A stretch of DNA of 64,000 nucleotides from Paragordius varius (lineage: Eukaryota > Animalia > Nematomorpha). The notes beneath the pieces are model-generated. The model did not search any database. It was not told the DNA's origin and saw only the letters and a list, made by a program, of their open reading frames with translations. Positions 49,829-61,099 of this stretch are shown piece by piece (within the stretch, counting starts at the first letter, position 1; each line of letters begins with the position of its first letter). The translations under genes were made by a program, and so were the position numbers. The DNA lies in NCBI GenBank assembly GCA_964247055.1, contig OZ176056.1, forward strand, positions 8,866,001 through 8,930,000, given 5' to 3'.

Positions 49829-51743
49829 ATATATAAGTGTATCAGGTTTATTATGGTGCTTGATTTACGGCTTGGTCATATAAGTAAATAATTTTTTTTT
49901 GGTAATTGATGGATGTCAAAAAATAAAATTAGTGCACATTATATCAAATAAAATATTTTTGGTAAAAGATAAATGCTTTATTCTAAAAAAATTATTTTAA
50001 ATATATAGTACAGTTAAATAAATGTAAATTGTTGAGGCTTACGTCACATTATTTTGTGGCACGATAGAAAGGGTATAATAACCCCTTAAGCTACTAAAAA
50101 GACTTTTTCCATTTACGCTAATGCTAAATATTTCCTAAATTAATTAGTCCAATCAGGTAATTGTTAAATTAAAATCTGCAGTTATTAAGAAGTTATTGAG
50201 GATAATTTATACTAACGTTTCCACCATTTATGCAAAAAATTTGTAGAAAAAATATAAACCAAAATATCTATTTTATAGGGCTTTAACGTCAAAATTTAGC
50301 ATATAATTTAGAATATCACATAATCTCAGCCTGTTTGCCCTTATTTTTATGGAGCTTGCTTATTTTTGAGGAATCGAATATTTGAGTTTATCGGAGCCGT
50401 AGCCCATACTAACATTTTATATAAAGTTTGTTTCGCTTAATTAAATCGAGTTTATGATGTCTTTTAGTTCTTTTCGAATTAATCATTAAATTTAAAATTT
50501 TTTATTTAAAAATATAACAAAATTTTGCTATTTTCTAATATGGACGATTCTATAGAAGCATAAATAACTTTTTTAATTACCGTAAAGGTTAGAACCAAAA
50601 GAACTAAGATAATGCTTACATCTCCAATCAAAATTATATATATATATATGGCATTTTTTTTTAAGTTTATGAGTGGTCCCAAGCACTGTACTTATCTTTA
50701 ATATTCATTGAATATAAATATATTTTGCCCTTTATATATTTTTTGTGATATAATATCAGATATATAATAAAGTAGCTAGAAGAATTACAATAATGTTAAT
50801 TCGTAGAATAAACACTGTGAACTATATTTTTTCGTGATGACATTTTTGCGCTGTGTAAAGCTGCTGTTGTAAAACATTATCTAAAATATAATTACAAATA
50901 GAAGAGTTTTCTTTTTATCGTTATCATTTATATTAGTTGTTAGCATCAGAACTTAAAGGTTTACTAACACATATAAAACATTTTTATTAATAATAAATTT
51001 ATTCATATCTTTCGCATATTTTCATTTAAGCACACCATATCCGTCTTTTAATTTTATACCTCCGCAGCAATATTGTTGTGCATGTTTATTTTCTACAATG
51101 GACGATAAAATTAATTTTGATATTATGAGAAGATTTGAATAATGGCCTGTTCTTAAACCGTGTATGGGTAATTTTTAATATTTTTCACGCATATTCAGCT
51201 CTTAAATGAATATTATATTATCATTTAACCGTTTCAAATATGCAATAGTGATACATCTTTAATTACAATTTTGTATTTTATAGTACAAGGATTAGCATAT
51301 TGATAACATATTTCTATTTTTAGGCATGAATATGAATGAAATGGCAAATTAGCTGCTTACCTATGGTTGCTTTGTATCAGACTTTCAAGCTTCTATTTAT
51401 ATTTGCTGGAACATATAATAAATGAAAATTAAATAATTATATGCTATTAATTATATTATTTTTTTGAATCGATTTCCAAACGTGGCGTTTTTATTGGTTT
51501 TAAAAAGGCTTTCTTCGAAAATCGGTGTTATCTCATATGTTACCCCAAATCATTTTTAATATTTCTTCATTATTAAAAATCTGCAAATTTTTAAAGGATT
51601 TAACAATAATCTTTGGATGCGAAAATTTTTAAAAGTTTTGCTTTTTTTCGGCATTAAACCTGATCCTTATAATTCCAAAAAATTACCAAATACAGTAAAT
51701 AATTTTTAAGATAATAATGTAATATTGAAAAGATATATTATAG

Positions 51744-51965
51744 CAGTGGTGTCCAACATGCGGCTTTTAAAATGTTTTCCCAACCTGCGAGTTACTTTAA
51801 TGCAACATTTTATAAAACCTAAGTAAAATTCCAACAATTTTTTGAATAAACCTCCTAATTTCTGCAAACTGGCAAATATTGATTAAAACCTACCCATACA
51901 AATGCAGCCCGTGGGATTTTCGATTTAAAAATGAAAGTAGCGAAGCCATAGTGTTGAGACCTTGC
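51744..51965. mobile_element. hAT-like (Charlie-type ends) short element, decayed
   Basis: Starts CAGTGGTGTCCAACA, has an internal GCAGCCCG, and ends TGTTGAGACCTTG. No TSD recovered. Confidence 0.5.
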
Positions 51966-52929
51966 ATAAGTGCAATGATATTTAACCGGAGCCCGAAAAG
52001 CTTTTTATGGCCCTAAATTTTTTATGAATTTTTAGGAGTAATTTGGAATATAATCATTTAGACATGTGTCAAAAGGTTATATTTTTATTTGGAAAAGGAA
52101 AGTTTTTTATGGACCCTAATATTTTTTTGGTGAGTACACCCCTTTACTTAAGGTAAATATTAAAGATGTTTAAAATCCATTTAAAATTTAAATAGGCGAA
52201 AACTAAGTTCACATTTTTTTATATCAAATTTGTGATCTCTATTATGTATTTTTTGCGGACCGTCGTTTGTTGAGCTAAGAATGTGATATTTATGAATCCA
52301 AAACATGTACATTCCGGCGTCAATATAAAATAAATTAAAATAAGTAAATTCTTTTAAAGAATTTTACTTTATTTTAGTTTTATATGCATAAAATATGCAG
52401 GTAGCGACATTTACAATTTTAGATTTCCTTGAGTAACATTTTTTAAATTTTAAGTTTCTAAACAAGCTTTTTTATTAAATATTAAGTCCAAAACGGGTCA
52501 AAATAGGAGCTATTATGAAGGCAGACTCAATTTTTTCGCTTAAAATATATAAATATATATATATATAAATTTTAGATTAATGTTTTGTAATACATTGAAA
52601 CCATATTTATTGCATACGACTAAAATTTAGTAAATTTTTATCAAAAAAAAAAGAAAAATTAATTAATTTAGCGCATGATTTTTTATTGCGTATTTACTTT
52701 TTTAATCATAAAATAAGACATGGTAGCTCATTTTGAGTTTATTAGATTTATCAATGTTAAAAAGTGGATATTATAGTTGATTTACAGGTCTAGCTCCGTC
52801 CCTTATTTAAAAGAATGGACATGAAACATAATTATTTTATTAAAATAATCATTTATATTAAAACTAGTTAGTGTCATAGAGTCATTTAAAAATATTAAAG
52901 GTTAATCTTATACCAAGTGTAGTCATAAG

Positions 52930-53551
52930 TAGGGTTGTGCATTTGACTGCTTTTTCAAAGAAGTCCGGTCAGACCCACTTTTTACTTTAATAAATATCAT
53001 GCGATATTGGATGAAAATATTCGAACGACACTTGCGTTTTATTAATCGTGTTTTTTCTTAAAAATTTGTATTATACATTTTTTTTGATATTTATTATTTA
53101 CAAATATTTTCAATTTAATAAGTTTTTTTTCAAATAAATTTTGCCACATGTTTGTGGCCTTCTGAATCGTGAAATACATAGCTTTTAATACTGGATATTT
53201 CGATAAAATTTTTCCTAGCTACACTTTCTTTCATCATTGCAATATCCAATTGTAAAATGTTTTTTTCATTTTATTGGTTTACATATATGGATGATTGTTT
53301 TGTTTTTCAAAATAACTGGATATGCTAAATGTTTATGTTATAAGGATACATGTTTAACAATTTTTATTTTTAAATAAGCTAATTTATAATAAAAAATATA
53401 TTAAAAAACAATAAAATCTTACTATCTCTCCTCCAAAAAATATTTACCACCAATTTTTCAAAAACAGCTGTTTTTTTTAAATGACCATGGTCAAAAAATA
53501 AATAGTCACTGACCTGATTGACCGGGTCATGACTTGGTCAGCACAACCCTA
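52930..53551. mobile_element. Non-autonomous hAT element, 622 bp
   Basis: Perfect 11-bp TIRs TAGGGTTGTGC/GCACAACCCTA, a perfect 8-bp TSD GTCATAAG (52922-52929 and 53552-53559), and subterminal TGACC/GGTCA motifs. Confidence 0.92.
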
Positions 53552-53579
53552 GTCATAAGTCATTTCCGGTTTAACTAAG

Positions 53580-54213
53580 AAAGGTGTTAGAAAAAGCACG
53601 CAGCTAATTTATCTGACACAGATGCCATTTTGTTCATAAAACAATTGAGTTCGCCAAAGCTAACGTTATTTTTTAATTCAGTAATCATGTTGATTTGTGC
53701 CTAAAAAAGAACAGAAACAAATGGTCACATTTTTGATTAACTAAAAAATATGGTTTCAAAAATGTAAAAGTTGAGATTTCATTGTAAAGAGTGGACTCTC
53801 TACACTACTGCGCAGACGATCAGTGTGTGTAAGTAATGGAGGATGACCCAATTTAATGGAATCGAAAAACGACCGGAATGATTTCGAACATATGGATAAG
53901 TGATGTGTTACATGACAATGCTCCGCTTCATACAGCAAAACCAGTTAAATAACCCTAAACAGCTCTAATGGGAAATCTTTCCGTACGTAGTCTCATCTGA
54001 CCTAATGCCATCTATTGCCTTTTTGCCTCATTGGGGCACCCGCTTGCAGAACAGCACTTCAATAATTTCGACGACTTTGAAAAATGGCTATAGCAAAAGA
54101 CAAGCAGTTTTTCTCGCATGGAATATATACCGAGAGATGGGAGATTCAATTGATATTCATTCAAAATGACGTGTTTTTTACATAAAAACACATAAAGACT
54201 GTAACACCTAGTA
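53580..54213 (+). mobile_element. Internally deleted, decayed mariner (Mos1/mauritiana-like)
   Basis: Fragments in order: FVPKKEQ (~53694), WFQKCKS*DF (53751), IEKRPE, HDNAPLHTAKPVK (53911), LGHPLAEQHFNNFDDFEKWL (~54030), PERW. Stops and frameshifts are present and the ends are degenerate. Confidence 0.88.
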
Positions 54214-54923
54214 ATTTTTAATGGCGTATTTTGCTGAAAAATCTATATTGGTATTTATGTAATCAACTATAATTTAGCCAAAATTACATATATAATTTTT
54301 TTAATTTTAATGCTTTTTATAATAATGTAATAAACGCACGCAAACGCATATAAGTAAATAACAATAAACGAAATAAAAAACAAACATAAATGGTCTTAGC
54401 TCCGATGACTCATAATTACAACACACACAGTGCGTATGTATTTCTCTATATATCCAATAATTATTTTTACTTTAAAATAAAATAAAAATAAAACCTCAGT
54501 TTTTTCAATAGATTTTTATATATTTAATTAGAAAATTTTATTTGATTGAATTTAAAAATTAATTTATTCGGCATATATTTTTCATAAATCTATCTGTGTA
54601 TTTTTACCTGTTTCCACACCTAACCAATTAATATTCTACATTCCATACTTTTTTACAATCTCTACATATATACCACAAATTAATTCTGATTTATTTGTGA
54701 ATTGATAAGGTAAGTTTATCATATTAATATTTTTATTAGCTTAAATTTCTTTATATACTTGAGCAAAACTGTATATTGCATTCAAAATTAATTGGTTTTT
54801 TTAGGGTTTTAGTAACATGAAAAAAGCAATTACAACGTATCAGTATTTTAAAAACTTTTAACCATAAAAATTAACTGAATAGAAACGAGGGTTTGAATTT
54901 GCGCCATTTTTTAAAATTCTAAT

Positions 54924-55190
54924 CAGGGTGCCCAACATCTAAAAATTAAAATTACCATATAATACAAATTCCATCATACAATCTCATAAAATCTTGGTAA
55001 AATTGATTTTTCTTAAATAAATTTCCAGAAAAAGTCTTTCCAATTGGCAACAAGCTAGAATAGAAATTCCTCATTTCAGGACTTTATCCAAATTATCTAA
55101 TAAAATATTTATTAATGCCCATTTATATGTCGAATGTGGCCCGCCGATTTTTTTGAGTCAAAAATACGGCATCTTGTGTTGGACACCTAC
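54924..55190. mobile_element. hAT-like short element related to 51744-51965
   Basis: CAGGGTGCCCAACA...ATGTGGCCCGC...TGTTGGACACCTA. No TSD recovered. Confidence 0.55.
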
Positions 55191-56579
55191 ACCTTCTTTA
55201 AATAATTTATGTGTTTAATATATTATTTTTCGATAATTTTATATTGACAGATAAATTAGTTATATTCATGACTTACATTAACATCATGCTTTCATATTGT
55301 GATAATATAGTAAAAAAAATATTTGCAAACTTCTTAAATTCGAGCCAATCAACATCATAAAAGTGAATATTTTATATAAAAATATTTGATTTTAAATAGA
55401 ATGGGATTGTCAATTACCCTAATTTATATCAAAACAGATAAATCCCATATTTGTTTCAAATGTTAAAAAGATTTTTAAATGCGTTTTTATTTGTGATTTC
55501 ATTGTATTTTATAGAGCAGGGAAAATTTGATTAGATTTTGTCTTTTCTTTTTTTGTAAAAAAGTGGCAGTTTTTTACCTGTAAAAATGGTCTTACAGATA
55601 TTTTATCAATCATATTTTGAAAACTTATATGATACTGATTAAAATATTAAATACGGGAAAACTGCGAGAATATTTTCAATCAATAAATAATGCATATTAA
55701 GCGTGCCATAATATAAAATAATTTTGTCATAATATATAGTAATTTATTCAAACTTGAATAATTATCAATCATTTAATTTAAAGGATACATGAATTACCAA
55801 AAATTTTACATATTGGTATTGACTTCATTTCATAAAAAATAAATTTTAATATAGTTTCGAAATATTAAAGTAAGTGAAAAACACACTTTTAATATCAATA
55901 ATATGACAGACTGGTGTCCCATACCATATCCAATTTCGAAAATCCGTGATTAAAGAACCATTTGAGTTAGACTAATTAAAAAATATTTTGAAAGTTCTTA
56001 TAATATTTTTTATACTTGATATATATAAAGGTATTTTTTTCGATAAATTAGAACCATATACAAAAAAAACAGCAAATTAGATTTTCTAAATTTTTAATAC
56101 ATATTTACTTACAGCAGTGTAGTATCTCTTGAGCCTTTTTATAGAGTTTGCTTAGTTATGTCAACTATTTCAAGCATGACAATTATTTTTTAATCATACA
56201 TTTTTTGTAGATAGAGAAACTCACAGTGTCGGTAGTTAAATATGCATTTTTATCTAAAGAGTTTATAATAAATTTAAAACATTTTTATGATAAATATAAT
56301 TATGAGAATCCGAATTCCTTTCATAATATATAATTTTTATTACTAATTTATTAGTCATCTTTATTGATTCATTCCTCCCTCTTGATATAGTTAATTTTAA
56401 TTTTTTTAAACATAGAGCTATCATCTCTTCAAAATATATAAATATTAGTAATATAAAATATAAATAGTATTTGACATCATTCATGAGTCACATATTGTGC
56501 ATTTAAATAATTCTGGGTAAAATATATATATATAATTTTTTGTTAGAATTTTTTTATCTTAAACTTTTTTTATAAAATA

Positions 56580-59500
56580 ATGAATTTAATTGTTAGATCC
56601 CAATATTTTAATCGACAACATGACAGATTGGTTATCTTTGTTTGTAATAATCCCAATTCCAACCGTTTTAATTTCGCAAAAAAATACAAGGAATTTCATA
56701 AATGTACCCTCATAAAAGAAGGTTATATTGAATGGACAGATTTTGTAGCGCTCCATAAATCACATATCTGGTTAAGAATCCGGAAATATGGATTCTATAT
56801 TGAGTCCCAAAAATTTTGGTGTTTTCGAAAGCTTTGGAATCGTATAGAAAGTAAAAGGCGACAATTTGTAACAGAAAATGCCATTATTCTATTGGTAAAA
56901 TTAGTCATTGGTCTTACGATTATGGATTTGCCATATCGATATTCACAAGTCATTCCCATTAAAGCGCAAAAACAAATTTGTCACCAAAATGCGACATCCA
57001 TTTCCTACGATTACACGAAAATATCGAAAGTATCGGCGGAAAACAGCGATTTACAAAATTACGGTACGTTTTGTTCATAATATATACTTATTAAGTATAT
57101 CTTCTAAATAATTTTTATATTAGGTCATCAAAAAAATGTGCATTTTTATTTTAAAATGATTTAGAAAATTTGAAAGACACTAGGGAAAACGTTTTACGAT
57201 ACATACCATCCACGGATCAAAGCATTTACGAAACAATCAACATTCCATGCCCACATTACTATTCTACCCCTCAAACTGATCAAACTACTCAAACTACAGA
57301 TTTATTGTTTTCAACTAAAACTAGAAATATTTCAAAGTTTGACACAAAATATAAACCCATTTCTCCCATTAATAAAAATAGCTTATCTTTATCTGCCAGC
57401 ACATTCCTAGCTAAATCCGAAAAGAGTGTTCCCAAAGAACCGACAAAAATTTTGTCGTATTTGTATGTTGGATCCTTCGAAGATGCCATGAACGCTAGCT
57501 TATTAAAGGTAAAATTAATTAGTTTTTAAGATAAAACATCCAGATTTAACTTTATATTTAAAAGAAGTCAGTTGACATTGGTGTATATATATATTCGGAG
57601 TCAACATTTTTATTAAATAACCTTAAAATTTAAACATATAACCAAAATTAGACTAAAAACATAACTTGCATTGTGAATGTCAGTAAGAATTGCCCATTTC
57701 CCATATCTTCTCCAAGCTGTCGACTTAAATCGCCTTTAATGCGATCAGTTAACACAAAATCTGCCGTAGAATTGGAATTTACAACAAAATCCGATGGAGA
57801 AATTAAATATGAATGTTTTCGTGTTCCACTCAATGATAGCCATGATGCGAATCTCTTTTATTGGTTTGATCTGGCTTACAATTTTATTGGTAAATTTTCA
57901 TATTTTTTACTGTAATAAAAATATAAAAAAATTAAATTTATTTATAAATACTTTTGAAAAAATTTGGAAAAAAACCATTAATCTTACTCATTTTTTACCA
58001 CTTACTTTTTGTATAATCAAAACAACACTCATACTTTTATTTTCTTTCATTTATTTCGTATTTTTGTTTTTCATACACATACTATTTTAGTTTTCGCCAT
58101 TTATTTTTTGTTTTTACTGTATTTGAGCATTTTAATAATTGCTTATTTCTCGATATAGTTGGGCAATTTGCAACACAGTAGTATAGGGAAAAAAGAAAGG
58201 AAAAAATTGTTTATTCAACATTTTGAGTTATTTTTTCCGCATACAACTGTGTGTTGCAATTTGCCTAACTATAGTGTGAAATAAGCAACAAACCATTAAA
58301 ATGCATACTGTAATTGTTTTTCGTAGAACAAGCTCGTAATGAAAGAAAGGGTGTCTTAATTCATTGCCTTGCTGGAATTTCCAGGTCCCCATCCCTAACT
58401 ATAGCTTATTGCATGAGGAAGCTTAATATGTCCCTTGATCAGGCTTACAAGTAGCGAAAAAAAATTATTTTTTACTCAGAACTTTTATAAGTGTTTATCA
58501 GGATTCGGATTCAAATTTCAATGAACAATTTGTCAAATATACCATATATTGAGATATTTATATATTATACTCGTGCCTATTAAATATGGTTTGTTTTGAG
58601 AAGTCCTAAGTATAAATAAAAACCAGACTAATATTATATAAATTTAGTTTTTTGCGATTTTGAGAATTTAAAATTAACTGTGTCTAAAGACAAAAGAAAT
58701 TTTAAATATATTAATACTTTATAGATTCGTTAAAGGTAAACGTGCCAGCATTTCACCCAATTTTAATTTCATGGGTCAATTATTGAAGTACGAAGAGTTT
58801 TTACGAACTACCCGAACCTCGAAAATCTTATATGATGTTTCTGACCATCTTATTACACAAGTTTGATACATTTTATTATTATTATTTCAAATACATGTTT
58901 GGATTTTTTATAACTTTATGGCAAATAAAATAAGTATATATGCAAATATGAATTTAGTTTTCATTTAAAAATATTTTATTTATCATTGGAGTAATTTCTT
59001 TTGTATATAGATACCTACCACCTTGATAACGAATTCAAAAACTTCAGTAATTAAAACTTTATCTCAGGATGATATAGCTAACGAAAGCGTATATCAAAAC
59101 TCAATTAAAGCCATAACTAACATTAAAAATGATGAAAATGAACATTGCGATAAAAATATTGGTCGAACAATCAATAATTGTCATATCCAAGAAAATGATA
59201 AATGTAAAAGCCCCATTAACAACAATAATAAAATTAAAAGACCAAAAACACTCTCGTTGGATCATAAAAAATCTCAAAAAGCCATCGTGATTCCGTCAAA
59301 GTCGCGTTTTTATGACACATTTGATGGCGATAAACAATACAAACCAAAAATTTGTATCGAAAATTTAAACAGTAATGACCAAATTTCACAAAAATATAAT
59401 TCCGCTACTAATGAATTTAAAACAGAAATTGTCAATAGTTGCACACATAATCCAGAGACAGCTTCGAAAAAAGCCAAATTAAGCACAATAACTAAGCGCC

Positions 59501-60827
59501 CTTGCACTCTAGACATACGGATTCCATTATATCGACCGGCAGGTTAAATTTTTTTTTAAATCAATCCATATATAATTTTAGAGCAAAAACTTAAATTATA
59601 CGGACAAAACGTAAAAAACATAAAGACAAATATTTTTTTTAAAAGACAACCACACTTTTTAAACCTTAATTTTTCTGCAAATGTTATAAATCTAACTGTA
59701 ATAAGTCTTTTCGTCTTAACCACTCAATTACCAATGTGCATCCTGTATTTAAAAATCAAGTTTAAAAAGTATGATTGTCTATTGCAAAAAAATTATTCGT
59801 CCTATGTTTTTACGTTTTGTCCGTATATTTTGAAATTTTTACTGTAAATTAGCTTTTATCAAAATCTTTTATATATATGACCTATTATTTACCAGATTCC
59901 AGAAGGAATTTGCAATTAAGCGCCCCTGTGAAATCGTATCCACCTACCAGCCAGCAAGTGTTTGGACAAGAGAATAATTTTAATACAAAACCAAAATGTC
60001 TGCAAATTAGCAGTACATCACCGAGTACCCTGATGTCAAATTTAACATTTGCCGATTCGCTTAGCAAGAATTACCAACCTAAAAGCTTAGAAACCATATT
60101 TGATTCTAACAATACAAATACATCTCAAACCACATCAGAAATTTTTATAGGGGAGCTAGTAGGTACTGACGTGAATTTCGATTCCTTAGAACAAAATGGG
60201 AATACAGACTGTCGTCAAGGCAATGATATTTCAAATTTTTTAACATTAGGCCACCGATCATTATGTAGCCCAACAAGTACTACTGTCAAAACTTCCTTAA
60301 CTAATTTGTTTTTGTCGGCTAATAGCCCGACCACGAAATTTGTACAATTTTGTCGAAAACGGATGATAGGAAAAAAGATCACTACTTCACCATATAAAAA
60401 AGGGACCAATAATAATAATACATCAACCACTAAAAGTACAAATAATGATGATCATGTTAATAAACCTACAACCAAAAAACTTAGAAGGCAAACCCGTAGT
60501 AGTAATAATAATAATGTTCAAGGGCCGAATTCTTTTGGGGTTCAGTATACAGCACTGGAAAGGAGATGTGTAGAATTGATTGTTGGGAAAAAAATGAGTG
60601 TTAATTATCAAAGTAATTCCAAACATGAAATCAGATCTATTGGCAAACCGAAAAAAATGAACTCATTATCCAAATCCGAAATATTTGACCAAAACAGACA
60701 TGATATTTTAACTGCAGGCATTGATAAAAATAGCTCAGAGCTAGGTTCAGACCGTCTTGCTCTAGAGCATATCACACCGACCAAAAATGAATACGTTAAA
60801 ATGCATTTTGACATCCTAAGTAATTAA
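56580..60827 (+). CDS. Dual-specificity MAPK phosphatase, vhp-1/DUSP8/DUSP16-like (5' end uncertain)
   Basis: Exons 56580-57063 (start uncertain), 57165-57508, 57652-57889, 58327-58450, 58725-58860, 59011-59542, 59896-60827. Motifs: [29 protein letters not shown] (general acid), [21 protein letters not shown] (intact HCX5R), [16 protein letters not shown], then a long S/T/N-rich tail. A weak rhodanese-like LIKEGYIEW lies upstream. Confidence 0.9.
58154..58273. mobile_element. Small foldback/MITE in a DUSP intron
   Basis: TATAGTTGGGCAATTTGCAACACAG and CTGTGTGTTGCAATTTGCCTAACTATA form ~25-bp imperfect inverted ends. Confidence 0.65.
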
Positions 60828-61067
60828 ATTTTAAGGCAATTAGAACCAGACTCCTCCACTCAACTTTTTTTGTTCTTAATACAATAGTCCTTTGAAACAG
60901 TTGTCCAAATTTGATTTGAATGAAAAATTAATTTTTAATCAATAAAACCTGGCATATATTTAATTCACATGTCCGGGTCGTAATTATATATAAATTTACC
61001 AAAGAACAACACTTTATCAAAGAGGTTTTATGGTGTTTTTATGGTTTCTTTGGGGAAAAAAATGTCA

Positions 61068-61099
<32 letters not shown>

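Noticed and set aside
50300-51420. Patches of higher GC with splice-like signals on the minus strand
   Set aside because: I could not chain them into a phase-consistent ORF or recognise any motif.
57124-57137. Possible 14-nt micro-exon plus 27-nt intron in the DUSP gene
   Set aside because: Inclusion puts the next exon out of frame (AAA ATT TGA). Direct splicing 57063>57165 is in phase.
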